Under the pieces are notes generated by a model. It saw only the letters and a list, made by a program, of their open reading frames with translations. It was not told the origin of the DNA and made no database searches. A stretch of 64,000 nt of DNA from positions 1,664,001 to 1,728,000 of the forward strand of contig CAWGMQ010000004.1 in NCBI GenBank assembly GCA_963823665.1. The letters run 5' to 3'. This DNA is from an uncultured Planctomycetota bacterium (lineage in GTDB: Bacteria; Planctomycetota; Planctomycetia; Isosphaerales; Isosphaeraceae). Positions 31,756-43,411 of this stretch are shown piece by piece; position 1 is the stretch's first letter; every line of letters begins with the position of its first letter. A program made the translations under genes and the position numbers.

Positions 31756-32646
31756 TCACTCATCCTCGTCGGCCCCTCTCAGGTCAACCTCCGCCAATCC
31801 CATTCCCTTGGCGATGGCGCTCAACTGATCGCGAATCTCGAACATGCCGGCGGGTCGCTTCTTGGGGTCGATGCTCAAGCTCGAAAGAATCAGCTCGTTG
31901 AGCGCCGCCGGAATCCGCGGGTTCACCTTGATGGGTGGCGTGAGTTTGCGGTCGTCGCCGGGTTTGGGGATCCCTGGCTGGGCAAACCGTCCGGTGAACA
32001 TACGATACATGGTGGCGCCCAGATTGTAGATGTCGGTCTTCTCGTCGACCACCTTCTCGCTGGCCTGCTCGGGGGCGATGTACTGGGGTGTTCCCTGGAC
32101 GCGATTCTTCTCCTGCCCGCGCACCCACGCCGTGCCGAAGTCGATCAGCTTCACCTGGCCTGACTTGGTCAACATGATGTTGCCGGGCTTCAGATCGCTG
32201 TGATAGACACCGCGGCGGTGCATGTGGGTCAGCGCCGAGACGACCTGGCAAAAAATCAGCACGAGCTGCCCGAGCTCGGGGGCCTCGATCTCGTCGAGGG
32301 TCTTGCCATCGACGTACTCCATCAAGAGTTCGACGCCTTTCACCTTGAACCAGGCCTTCTTGAGCCGGCAATCGTGAACCTTCGCGATCGCCGGATGGTT
32401 CAACTTCTTGGCGGCCTCGAATTCGGTGAGGGCTTGCTGCACGTAGATCTCGTCATCGGCATCTTGCTTTCGGACCACCTTCAGCGCGTAACGCTTTCCT
32501 CCGGCGGTCTTGTCGCTGATTAACAGGATCGTGCTGCCGGCGCCGGTGCCGAGCTGGTTGACCACGCGGTACTTCATGCCTGAGAACGTCGGCGTGCTCG
32601 AGCCTCGTGTCATTCGGTTCCTCGCTGCCTCGAAAATGCTCGCCAC
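31756..32646 (-). CDS. Stand-alone Ser/Thr protein kinase
   Basis: GTGAGS, ALK, HSDLKPGN (non-RD), DFG, YIAPE. Confidence 0.9.
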   Translation of the reverse strand: MASIFEAARNRMTRGSSTPTFSGMKYRVVNQLGTGAGSTILLISDKTAGGKRYALKVVRKQDADDEIYVQQALTEFEAAKKLNHPAIAKVHDCRLKKAWFKVKGVELLMEYVDGKTLDEIEAPELGQLVLIFCQVVSALTHMHRRGVYHSDLKPGNIMLTKSGQVKLIDFGTAWVRGQEKNRVQGTPQYIAPEQASEKVVDEKTDIYNLGATMYRMFTGRFAQPGIPKPGDDRKLTPPIKVNPRIPAALNELILSSLSIDPKKRPAGMFEIRDQLSAIAKGMGLAEVDLRGADEDE

Positions 32647-32717
32647 CCGTCCTGCGGGCGCGGGCTCAGATGTCGTTCCGGGTTAATTGCGGTGATCGTC
32701 AGGAAGCACAACGAAGC

Positions 32718-32738
32718 GGCCGGACCGTCGGTCCGGCC
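32718..32738. terminator. GC hairpin downstream of the FKBP gene
   Basis: ggccggacc-gtc-ggtccggcc. Confidence 0.4.
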
Positions 32739-32773
32739 CGGGGAGCGGCACGAAGTCACTCGGAATGAAGACC

Positions 32774-33364
32774 TTACTTCTCGACGGCTATGCTGAGAAG
32801 CTCAACCTCAAAGACAAGATTTGAATTTGGCGGGATCGGCGGCTTCCCCTTTTCTCCATAAGCGAGCGGCGCAGGAATGAATAACTTGCGAAGCTCGCCA
32901 ACCTTCATCCCGGGCAAGCCCTCTTCCCAACCGCGTATTAGCTGGTCGCCGCCGATGCGAAAACTCTCCGATGAGCCCTTGCTCCGGGACGACCAGAACT
33001 CCTTGCCGCTATCCGCAAGTGTGCCCACGTAGTGGAACGTGCCGCGCTGGCCCCACTTGTACACGGGTCCGGTTCCCTCCTTGAGAGTCTCGTACTTGAC
33101 TCCGCCCTCGGTCGTGCGGGATTCGCCGATGGCCGTCGGAGGCGCGGGTTTGTATGCGGCGGAAGAAGTCGTCACCACTGGAGCGGAAGGGGTGTCGGTG
33201 GACGGCGGGACCTCTCCCTGAGCCTCAGCGGGCGATGCATCGGGGGAAACCTTGGGTATATTCGCACCGGGAGGCGCGGTCGGAACGATTTCACCGGGAT
33301 CCCCGCACCCGGAGAGAGCCAGCAAAGCCAGTCCGGTAATGATTCCCGCACACGGCGATCTCAT
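32774..33364 (-). CDS. FKBP-type peptidyl-prolyl isomerase (lipoprotein)
   Basis: Lipobox LSGC; LIRGWEEGLPGMKVGELRKLFIPAPLAYG; LVFEVELL. Confidence 0.93.
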   Translation of the reverse strand: MRSPCAGIITGLALLALSGCGDPGEIVPTAPPGANIPKVSPDASPAEAQGEVPPSTDTPSAPVVTTSSAAYKPAPPTAIGESRTTEGGVKYETLKEGTGPVYKWGQRGTFHYVGTLADSGKEFWSSRSKGSSESFRIGGDQLIRGWEEGLPGMKVGELRKLFIPAPLAYGEKGKPPIPPNSNLVFEVELLSIAVEK

Positions 33365-33633
33365 GGAAGTCTTCCCCCTTACACCGACGCTGAGACGAAA
33401 AAAGTATGCTGTGTCAACCATTATGGCATCTTCGGCCCGGCCGCGGCCAGAGTTTCAAGTGTGACTTGCGTGCCCCGCGCCAGGCAAGGCGGTTCCGCCG
33501 AGTGCTTCCGGCTCGCTCCTACTGCCCATAGCGGTTTTCGTTCGCTGTGGTCAAACTCCTCTCGCCATGATAAGTTATCTCGATTCGTACCTCGATCGGG
33601 ATGGTGTTGGCGTCGTGTCTTCGAGGCGTATTG

Positions 33634-34380
33634 ATGGGGGAGTTTTTTGGCCTTCATGGCCGGGTTGCACTCGTGACAGGGGGCGGGCGGGGAATCGGCG
33701 CCGGGATCGCCCGCCGCTTGAATGCCGCCGGAGCGCGGATCGCCGTCTTCGACCGCGACGAAACCTCGGCCAAGGCCGTCGCTTCCGAGGTGGGGGGGCT
33801 CGCGCTTGCGGGCGACGTGTGCTCGCCCGAGCAGGTTGCCGAGGCGGTCGAAGCGGCCCATTCGCAGCTCGGGCCGGTTTCGATCCTGGTGAACAACGCC
33901 GGAATCACCGGCCGCACGGATTCGAGCTGGAGGCTCGACCTCGATGAAGTACGTCAGGTCTTCGACGTGAACTTCATGGGGCCATTCCTCTTCTGCAAGG
34001 CTCTGGTTCCCAGGCTGCTCGACCGCGGATTTGGCCGGATCGTCAACGTGGCGTCGATCGCGGGCAAAGAAGGGAACCCGACCCTCATGCCCTATTCTGC
34101 GTCCAAGGCCGCGGTGATCGCCATGACCAAGTCGCTGGCAAAGGAGCTCGCAGGAAAAGGGGACATCACGGTCAACGCGATCTCGCCGGCGGTCATCAAA
34201 ACGGCGATCCTGGACGGTGTGGCTCCGAGCACTGTCGAATACATGATCTCGAAGATCCCGCTGGGACGAACCGGAACCATCGACGAAGTCGCCGCGCTCG
34301 TGCACTATCTCGTCAGTGCAGAAGCGAGCTTCACAACCGGCCAATGCTATGATATCAGCGGAGGTCGCGCCACTTATTGA
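33634..34380 (+). CDS. SDR family oxidoreductase
   Basis: TGGGRGIG, NNAG, YSASK. Confidence 0.95.
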   Translation: MGEFFGLHGRVALVTGGGRGIGAGIARRLNAAGARIAVFDRDETSAKAVASEVGGLALAGDVCSPEQVAEAVEAAHSQLGPVSILVNNAGITGRTDSSWRLDLDEVRQVFDVNFMGPFLFCKALVPRLLDRGFGRIVNVASIAGKEGNPTLMPYSASKAAVIAMTKSLAKELAGKGDITVNAISPAVIKTAILDGVAPSTVEYMISKIPLGRTGTIDEVAALVHYLVSAEASFTTGQCYDISGGRATY

Positions 34381-34475
34381 GCGTGCTGTGCCTTCAGCCG
34401 ATCACCGCCGGGGTGATCTCTTCCAGCCGGCGACGCCTCGCCCGACGCCTCCCGCGCCTCTTCTCGGAAGGATCC

Positions 34476-34976
34476 ATGAACGACCGTGACCTACCACCAG
34501 AGCCCCGGGAACGGGGCACGGACCGCGACGGCGACGTGCTCGGCGCCAGGAACTTGCCCCCGGTTGCGGCTCGGCCGCCGGGCGCCAGTCCACCTGGCCG
34601 ATTCGAGCCGCCGACATCGGCGCTGGGCCCACTGTTCCGCTACCGGCTGGAACAGATCCACGTCTGCCGGGTGAGCCTTGCGGTGGAAGTGAACACGCGG
34701 CCCACCCAGCGGGTGCTCGGGGGTTATTACAAGTCGCGACGGCTGGTGAGGGTGTATTCACACGATCGGGTTGAGGGCGCGCGGCCACTCGAGAAGCTCT
34801 TCGAAACGTTTCTGCACGAGGTTGCCCATCATCTCGAGTACACGGAGCCTCAAAGCTTCGGCTCGCAAGGATGCCGCCGAAAGTACGGGCTGATGCACAG
34901 CCGGCTCTTCTGGCGGATTCTCGGCGAGCTCAAGTGGCGCTGGGCCAATGTCGAAGCACGCCGGCCCATTCGCTAG
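34476..34976 (+). CDS. Small HExxH zincin (SprT-like) protein
   Basis: VLGGYY, FLHEVAHHLE, downstream MHSRLFW. Confidence 0.6.
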   Translation: MNDRDLPPEPRERGTDRDGDVLGARNLPPVAARPPGASPPGRFEPPTSALGPLFRYRLEQIHVCRVSLAVEVNTRPTQRVLGGYYKSRRLVRVYSHDRVEGARPLEKLFETFLHEVAHHLEYTEPQSFGSQGCRRKYGLMHSRLFWRILGELKWRWANVEARRPIR

Positions 34977-35515
34977 TCGGCAAGGCCGAGCTCTTTCACT
35001 TTCGCCGCCACGTCCTCACCGGCCTTTTCGACCTTGATCTCCTTATCGATCGACTTGATCACCCCTTCCTTGTCCACATAGAACGTCCAGCGCCTGGCGA
35101 CCCCTCGCTCCGGGTTCATCACTCCGTAGGCTTCGGCGACCTTCTTGTCGGGATCGCTCAGGATTGGGTAGTCGAGATCGAGCGACTTGGCGAACTTCGT
35201 ATTTTCTTCGGCGGTATCGACGCTCGCGGTGAAATAGGCGATTTTGAGATCCTTGAGCGCTTTGCTGTTCTCGCGCAGCGACTTGCATTCCTTCGTGCAG
35301 CCCTTGGTGAAGGCCTTCGGGAACCAAGCGATCACGACGGCCGACTTTCCTTTGTATTGCTCGAGCGTGTAAGTCTTGCCATCGGAGGCCTCGAGCGAGA
35401 ACGCGGGCGCCTTGTCGCCGGTTTTCAACTCGTCAGCGACGGCTCCGGCAATGAAGAACAGGGCGAAGACGCCCAGGCCCAAAAACGCCATTTTCCGCCC
35501 AACGATTCGGAGCAT
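34973..35515 (-). CDS. Peroxiredoxin (BCP/PrxQ type)
   Basis: GDKAPAF, WFPKAFTKGCTKEC, RWTFYVD; CAGGAGG RBS. Confidence 0.93.
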   Translation of the reverse strand: MLRIVGRKMAFLGLGVFALFFIAGAVADELKTGDKAPAFSLEASDGKTYTLEQYKGKSAVVIAWFPKAFTKGCTKECKSLRENSKALKDLKIAYFTASVDTAEENTKFAKSLDLDYPILSDPDKKVAEAYGVMNPERGVARRWTFYVDKEGVIKSIDKEIKVEKAGEDVAAKVKELGLAD

Positions 35516-35842
35516 GTTTACCTCCTGCAAGTTGCCGTTCTACGTACACGCCTCGGACGAGAAGGGATTGGCCCCTGGCTTCCGATCTCGACAGAGCGTA
35601 GCACCACCAGCGGCCCGACGCAACTGCGTGGGCTGATTCGTTTTTCTCTTGCATCTCGCAGGAAAACGTGTCCTATTTATTGATGTTTGCGGGGCTCCTG
35701 CTGGTGCGTGGGGTTTTTCGTGCGTCTTTCGATTGGCGACCGGGCCGCCTCGCTTGTGAGCGTGCGGGGTCGCCCTGGGCCGGCTTGAGCCGATCGCGGT
35801 TGCCAGCGTAGGCCAACAGAGAAGAAAAGGAAAACCCGAGCC

Positions 35843-36316
35843 ATGATCGACAACCGGGGTGGATACTCAAGGTTCTGGTCCATTCTGGCGCTGGCCACGG
35901 CCGGGATCGCGCTGCCGGCCTGTTCGGGCACGAGCGACGACACCTTGCCGCGGCAGCCTCTTGCGGGGAGAGTCCTGCTGGACGGGAAGCCGCTCTCCCA
36001 CGGGACGATCATGTTCTTTCCCGAGGAAGTTTCCACAAAACAGCACGAAACGGTCCCGTCGGGAAACACGATTGTCAACGGCTGGTTCTCCATCCCGCGC
36101 GAAAAAGGGCCGGTGCCGGGAAAGTACAAGATCGCGGTGTCGTCGGAAAAGATCGTGAAGCACCCGGATCGCACGGACCGGGAAGACACCCCTGCCGAGC
36201 CCCACTCGCCAGCGGAGGAAATCATCCCCGCACGATTCAACGCCGACACCGAGCTCGAGGTCGAGATCAAGGAGGGGGGAATCAAGGAATTGAGGATCGA
36301 TCTTCAATCGAGCTGA
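35843..36316 (+). CDS. Lipoprotein partner of a DUF1559 protein
   Basis: LPAC lipobox, G.VLLDGKPL, GPVPGKYKI, IPARFN. Confidence 0.8.
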   Translation: MIDNRGGYSRFWSILALATAGIALPACSGTSDDTLPRQPLAGRVLLDGKPLSHGTIMFFPEEVSTKQHETVPSGNTIVNGWFSIPREKGPVPGKYKIAVSSEKIVKHPDRTDREDTPAEPHSPAEEIIPARFNADTELEVEIKEGGIKELRIDLQSS

Positions 36317-36330
36317 GGTCCAGGGGTCAC

Positions 36331-37344
36331 ATGAACAACAGCCGTCTCGGGTTCACCTTGATCGAGCTGTTGATGGTGGTTGCCATCGTGGGGATGGCGA
36401 TCATGCTTCTCCTGCCGGCCGCCCAATCGGCGCGCGAGGCCGCGCGCCGCGTTCAGTGTGCGAGCAACCTGAGACAGATCGGCCTGGCCATGCACGATTA
36501 TCACGACGAACAGGGGACGCTGCCTCCCGGCGCTAACGGCTGCTGCCGAGGAACGTGGCTGCTCTTCGTCCTTCCCTACATCGAGCAATCGAATCTGTAC
36601 AATTCCTGGAACTTCGCCGGAGCCAACGACTCGGATGACGCGAGCGGGCGGGAAATGTTCGGTTACTCAGGCGCTGCCAACATCACGGTCACTGGAACGC
36701 GGGTGAGCGTGTTTTACTGCCCGACCGATCCGGGCCATGCCGCCCTCGCCGGCGCTCGAGTTGTGACCTCACAGAACTACGTCGTGAATTTCGGGAACAC
36801 GATCAGCAGCCAGCCGCCGTTTTATCAGTATTGCGGCCGGAAGATCCCATTTCTGGGCGCGCCGTTCGGGGACGCAGACGCACCGGGCGGCAGCCGGACG
36901 CTGGACGAAGCGGCCGAGCCTGGTCTGGGGACAATCCGGTTTGCCGCAATCACCGACGGACTGGGTGGGACGCTGCTCACATCCGAAGTTCTCGTGGGCA
37001 CCGGCGGCGACCTGCGTGGGTTCTCGTGGTGGGGTTACGCCGCGATGTTCACCGGGTTCTTACCACCGAACTCGCCGTTTCCCGACGTCATGCCTTCCTC
37101 GCGCCATTGCGGCCCCGTTCCCCCGAACCCACCCTGCACCGGTGCGACCGGCGGGAAGAACGCGGACGGAACTTACGTCGGACTCGGGCTCCTCAACAAC
37201 CCCCGAAGCAAGCACAATGGTGGCGTCACCATGGGCATGGCCGACGGCAGCGTGCGATTCATCAAGAACTCGGTCGACGTCTTTGTGTTCCAGGCGCTCT
37301 CGTCGACTTCCGGAAACGAAGTCACGAGTGGGGATTCGTATTGA
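36331..37344 (+). CDS. DUF1559 prepilin-like protein
   Basis: GFTLIELL, AREAARRVQCASNLRQIGLA, H-X9-DG motif HNGGVTMGMADGSV. Confidence 0.95.
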   Translation: MNNSRLGFTLIELLMVVAIVGMAIMLLLPAAQSAREAARRVQCASNLRQIGLAMHDYHDEQGTLPPGANGCCRGTWLLFVLPYIEQSNLYNSWNFAGANDSDDASGREMFGYSGAANITVTGTRVSVFYCPTDPGHAALAGARVVTSQNYVVNFGNTISSQPPFYQYCGRKIPFLGAPFGDADAPGGSRTLDEAAEPGLGTIRFAAITDGLGGTLLTSEVLVGTGGDLRGFSWWGYAAMFTGFLPPNSPFPDVMPSSRHCGPVPPNPPCTGATGGKNADGTYVGLGLLNNPRSKHNGGVTMGMADGSVRFIKNSVDVFVFQALSSTSGNEVTSGDSY

Positions 37345-37735
37345 TTAATCCGAGTTGAATCAAGTCCCAACGATTCCCGTAAAGATCCTCGAATATGACC
37401 ACTGTACCGTACGGCTCGTGGCGCGGTTCCTCAGTGAATTTGACATTCCGCGCCATGAGGTCGTCGTAATCGCGCCAGAAATCGTCCGTGTGCAGAAACA
37501 GGAACACGCGGCCGCCGGTCTGATTGCCGACGCGCGTGGCCTGCTCCGGGGATGCCGCCCTCGCAAGGAGAAGCGCGGTTCCGGTCGATCCGGGTGGCGC
37601 GACGAGGACCCACCGCTTGCCACCGCCGAGATCGGTGTCTTCGATCAGGTTGAAGCCAAGGGTGCCGGTGTAATACGCGATGGCTTCGTCGTATTCGCGG
37701 ACGACGAGCGCAACGTAGCCGATCTTCTGGCTCAC
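37322..37735 (-). CDS. VOC/glyoxalase family protein
   Basis: GTG start coupled to the upstream gene; KRWVLVAPPG, GNQTGGRVFLFL, FEDLYGNRWDL. Confidence 0.9.
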   Translation of the reverse strand: MSQKIGYVALVVREYDEAIAYYTGTLGFNLIEDTDLGGGKRWVLVAPPGSTGTALLLARAASPEQATRVGNQTGGRVFLFLHTDDFWRDYDDLMARNVKFTEEPRHEPYGTVVIFEDLYGNRWDLIQLGLINTNPHS

Positions 37736-38712
37736 TGGTTGTCCTTTTTGCTCGTCGACTCTTCTTTCTTTTTTTTGAACGCTTTCAGCATCTTCTCGAC
37801 GTCCGGGAAGATCTTGCCTTCGAACTCGGGCAGAATCGTGCTGACGACGAAGTAACACTTGTCGTCGTCCATAAAGACCCAGTGTCGCCAGCGCATTTTC
37901 TTATCCAATTGCGAATCAACCATCGCCTCAAAAAACAGAGCATCGAATGAGCCGACCTTGGCGGGCTTCAAGTCCTCCTTCCTGGCAGCTTCGCTGACGC
38001 GCTGTGCCCATTCCAGGGCGACATCCTGGCGCACGTTGTTCAGAACCTCTTTCCTCTTTCCCTTGTCGTCGCAAGAGTATGTTCCCATCTCGTAGATATC
38101 CAGTCCGACCGGAAAGGTTGGAGGGACGAACATCACCCAATTGCCCTTGTCGATCGACTTCCAGCCGTTTGCGATGGTGATTTGGAACGGCTTCTCGCGT
38201 TTGGATGGCGTGAATTCGAACATCGCCAGATCTTCTACGGGTTTGTCGTGCTCGACATGACTCTCGAGATATTTACTGCTCGGATCGTATTTCCAATCCG
38301 ACCTGGTCTGAAGCGCGATCGCGTCCATAAACTCGCGGAGAGTGGGCGGGTAGGACTGAGGGAACGGAGATTGCAGCGGCAGGGCGGCTATCTCTTTCGA
38401 CGACGTCATGAGCCCGACTCCATAGCTCACATCGATCCGGCTCATGGCAAGAAACATGTTGGTGTTCTGACTAAAGGAACCAGCCATCCGGCCATTCACT
38501 CGTTGCGCCAGGAGTTTTTTCTGCTGCGCAGCCGAGAGCGGTTTGATGGTCGCGGAACCGCTTTTGTCGCCCTTGGTTGTGGGGGTGGTTTGAGCATCCT
38601 GGGGCACCGTGGTTGCCCGGACGAACGATTCAAAACGAAGCGCGGTCGTCGCACTCCATGCGGGGAATGCAGTAAGTGCGACTGCCGTCGCGACGCCAAG
38701 GAAGCGATTCAT
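37732..38712 (-). CDS. Secreted hypothetical protein
   Basis: Signal peptide MNRFLGVATAVALTAFPAWSA; 326-aa ORF. Confidence 0.65.
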   Translation of the reverse strand: MNRFLGVATAVALTAFPAWSATTALRFESFVRATTVPQDAQTTPTTKGDKSGSATIKPLSAAQQKKLLAQRVNGRMAGSFSQNTNMFLAMSRIDVSYGVGLMTSSKEIAALPLQSPFPQSYPPTLREFMDAIALQTRSDWKYDPSSKYLESHVEHDKPVEDLAMFEFTPSKREKPFQITIANGWKSIDKGNWVMFVPPTFPVGLDIYEMGTYSCDDKGKRKEVLNNVRQDVALEWAQRVSEAARKEDLKPAKVGSFDALFFEAMVDSQLDKKMRWRHWVFMDDDKCYFVVSTILPEFEGKIFPDVEKMLKAFKKKKEESTSKKDNQ

Positions 38713-38897
38713 GACGTGCCTCCAGCTTGAAGGAGAGGCGGCAACTTGACCCTTCAACTGCACTGCGGTGGAAAGCACCACTCCGGCCCGCCCAACAAGG
38801 CCCATCCTAGTGCGGCCTGACGCGGCCGGGAATGGCATCGCCGCGCTGAGATTGAGGTCTTTCCGAACGTTCCGTATATAGTACGCTGCCGTACTAA

Positions 38898-40097
<1,200 letters not shown>

Positions 40098-40109
40098 TTC
40101 GACGAGCGA

Positions 40110-41705
40110 TCACCCCGACTCCGGGAAGCCGAACGCCACGAGCTCACTGCCGACATCAACGAAGACGTGACCGTCGCTCGTGATGGCCGGAATGGCGAAA
40201 TGGGAGTAGTCGGGCAGGGGGGCTGACCAGAGGATCTTGCTCAAATCTGTAGGGTCGTACGCGATCAACTCGTTCGAGGGTGAGACGACCCAGACAATGC
40301 CGTTCGTTGTGCCGTCGGATGAGATCACGGGACTGGCGCCGGGAAAGGGAAGCGTATTGGTGGACTGCCCTGTTTGCACCAGAAGGCCGTTCTCGATCGT
40401 GAACGACTTCACGGTATCGTCGACTCCGGCGTAGTAGATCGTGTTGTTGAAAATGGCGGGAGTGTCGTAGGAGCCGCCAATCACAGCCGGCAGCGTCTGA
40501 ACGACGTGATTCGAGAATGGACTGTAATGACCCATGCTGTTGCGATTGATCACGTAGACCGTTCCCGATTTGCCGGAGGCGAGCAGCAGGTTGGGATGCT
40601 TCGGCCCGCCCATTCCGTCGGGAAGGATGAGAACGCCCGATGAAGCGAGATCGCCGTCGTATTTCTCGAGCTTCGCTTGATTCCTGGGCGCAAAGTAGTC
40701 GACCACTTTGAAACCGGTGCCATTCGGGCCCTGGTAGCCGGGAATGAGCGCGAGCTTGAGCACGGTGTCGCCGTAGTCGCCGTGCGACGGCAACCCGGCG
40801 CGGTTGTGGGTCGTGTCGAACGTGCCGTTGCCCGTCTCCGTGTAAAGAAAGCCTTGCGAGTCGACCTGGATCGGGCTACCCGAATTCCAGATGCCGCCGT
40901 CACTACCATTGGGGGTATCGTTGAAAACGCCGGTCGGTTGCAACGTGGTCTTGTTGTAGGCGAGGATCCAGCCGTGGAACGGCGGGATGTCACCGTAGGA
41001 TCCGAACGCGATCAGCAAGTTGCTGCCGTCGAGCGAGAGGGCAGGGCGCTGGAGCTGCCGTGGGACGTCGAATTGGACCAGCCCGTTCACGCTTCCGGCT
41101 CCGGTGCCCTTGACGCTCGGCCCGAAGAAGCTGACCGGCTGGCCATTTGAGTAGCCGGTATCCGCGATCACGACCGGAGAACCGGGCATTTCCTGACCGG
41201 TACTCATGTCGACCGCGTGGAGCGTCTTCGTGTAGTGGTTTACGGCTCCGGCGTTGTAGGCTTCGGTTGTCGTGAGATAAATCGTGTTGGTTGAAGGGTC
41301 GATGAGCGGCGTGCTGGTCGTGCCATCTACACCGGTTTCTATCAGAGCCGTCGGGAGAACGGATTCGCCGGGCTTCAGAAAGTTCGTTTGCCACACGAGC
41401 TGGCCGGTCGCGGTATTGAACGCGTAGAGGCTCTCGTTCGCGGTTGCGACGAACACGAGGTTCTGGGTTCCCTGATCGGGCCCGACCGTGACGTCCACGG
41501 TTGCGGAAACCGGCGCGGGAAGAATGATGCCGTCGAGGGTGTGTGAAAACTGTTCGGTCAAGCTCGAAATGTTTGCCGGCGTGATGAGCGAATCGGAATT
41601 CCCACCACCGTTACCTCCACCCCAGCCCAGAACGTCTGAAAGCAAGGCTCTTGTCTCAAGTCCTTCCCCGCACGGGCGATAGCAGTTCTTTCGGCGGCTT
41701 GACAT
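40110..41705 (-). CDS. PQQ-like beta-propeller secreted protein
   Basis: EGLETRALLS leader, LYAFN..TGQLVW, STPLID, QRPAL, GGIW. Confidence 0.8.
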   Translation of the reverse strand: MSSRRKNCYRPCGEGLETRALLSDVLGWGGGNGGGNSDSLITPANISSLTEQFSHTLDGIILPAPVSATVDVTVGPDQGTQNLVFVATANESLYAFNTATGQLVWQTNFLKPGESVLPTALIETGVDGTTSTPLIDPSTNTIYLTTTEAYNAGAVNHYTKTLHAVDMSTGQEMPGSPVVIADTGYSNGQPVSFFGPSVKGTGAGSVNGLVQFDVPRQLQRPALSLDGSNLLIAFGSYGDIPPFHGWILAYNKTTLQPTGVFNDTPNGSDGGIWNSGSPIQVDSQGFLYTETGNGTFDTTHNRAGLPSHGDYGDTVLKLALIPGYQGPNGTGFKVVDYFAPRNQAKLEKYDGDLASSGVLILPDGMGGPKHPNLLLASGKSGTVYVINRNSMGHYSPFSNHVVQTLPAVIGGSYDTPAIFNNTIYYAGVDDTVKSFTIENGLLVQTGQSTNTLPFPGASPVISSDGTTNGIVWVVSPSNELIAYDPTDLSKILWSAPLPDYSHFAIPAITSDGHVFVDVGSELVAFGFPESG

Positions 41706-41928
41706 CGGCGTCGCTCCCCATCATCGGTTCGATACGATGGCCGTCAATTCTACATCATGTTTGATGGGGCTGGCGGAGAGCGCCCGGAGTTGCTCAGGCG
41801 GCTGTGAGCTCCAGTTCGGTCATCAGAAGCAGATCAATCCCATCAGGATCACCCCGTGAAGGGCAGAATGTCTCCTGGTAAGATCGTCGCGTCCAAACCT
41901 CCATCGGCACACCACCGGAGCGACTTCT

Positions 41929-43243
41929 GTGATCATCCCGACCAACTTGCTTGTTCTTGTGTTCCTCTCGTTCCAAGCTCCCGTGCCCGGGCCTGGACCC
42001 GCGCCCACTCCCATCGTGCTCAAGGCCGCGCGACTGTTCGACGGCAAGTCCGAATCCCTGCTCCAAAACGCGACGGTGATCGTCGAGGGCAAGGTGATCA
42101 AGGCGGTCGGCGGCGAGCTTGCCATTCCGGATGGATCAAAGGTGATCGATCTGGGCGATGCGACGCTCTGCCCAGGGTTCATCGACGCCCACACCCACCT
42201 GACGCACGAACGGACGGACGACTTCAATCAAGGATTTGTCGACGGGCATGCGCCGCGAGGTCGCGGAGCAGGCGATCCTCTCGACCGTCTACGCCCGGCG
42301 CACGATCGAAGCCGGGTTCACCACTGTGCGGGACGTCGGCTCGGACGACTTGCTCGACGTCGGGCTGCGGAACTCGATCGCCAAGGGGGTCGTCCCGGGC
42401 CCGCGGATGCTGGTCTGCGTGCACGCGCTGGGGGCCCTCGGCGGGCATTCCGACCGGAACGGTCTGCGGCACGACCTGCTGCCCGCAACGGCACGAGGCC
42501 GAAGGAATCGCGAGCGGGCCCGGACCGCATTCGCGAGGCGGTGCGCTACCAGGTCAAGTTTGGTGCCGACGTGATCAAGTTCTGCGCCTCGGGCGGCGTG
42601 CTCTCGCTGGCCGACGAGGTCGACACGCCCCAGCTCACGCTGGCCGAGATGACCGCCCTTTGCGACGAGGCCCACCGGCTGCGCAAGAAGGTCGCCTGCC
42701 ACAGCCACGGCGACCAGGCCGCCCGCGACGCGGTGCTCGCGGGCGTCAACTCGATCGAGCACGGGTCGTTCCTCTCGCAGCGACACGCTGAAGCTGATGA
42801 AGGAACGCGGCACGTATTTGATCCCCACGCTGATGGCGCCGGATTCGATCATGCCGAATCTGGCCAAGTTTCCGCCCGAGATCGCCGCCAAGGCCGTCGC
42901 GGCGAACGCGTCGCTCGCAAAGACGTTCGCCGAGGCGGTCAAGACTCGGCGTGAAGATCGGCTTCGGCACCGATTCGGGCGTCTCGAAGCACGGCGAAAA
43001 CGCTCGCGAGTTCCGCTTGATGGTGAAGCACGGCATGTCGCCGATCGCTGCACTCAAGGCCGCGACTTCCGCCGATGCCGAACTGCTCGGGATTGGCCAA
43101 AGTCGATCGGCACGCTCGAGCCGGGCAAGCTCGCCGACATCGTGGCGGTGCCCGGTGACCCGCTCGCCGATATCTCGGCGACCGAGCGTGTGATTTTCGT
43201 GATGAAGGAGGGGGCGGTGGTTGTGGCGAAGGGGAAACCGTGA
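41929..43243 (+). CDS. Metal-dependent amidohydrolase, about 5 frameshifts
   Basis: [46 protein letters not shown] across alternating frames. Confidence 0.88.
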
Positions 43244-43411
43244 GGAAAAGATCAAACGCTGGCGAGTTTCATGCGCCGAGCGACCTGCACGGAGCCAGCC
43301 GCCAAACCGGCGAGCTTCCGGACTGACCTTGATGGATCAGCCGGTATAGGGTATTTGGGTCGTTCAGCGATTGTTACGCCCACCCTCGATTACTCCGCGA
43401 AAGGTACAAGG

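Noticed and set aside
34973..35515. Possible selenocysteine peroxiredoxin
   Set aside because: The active site TKGCTKEC uses ordinary Cys codons; there is no in-frame TGA.
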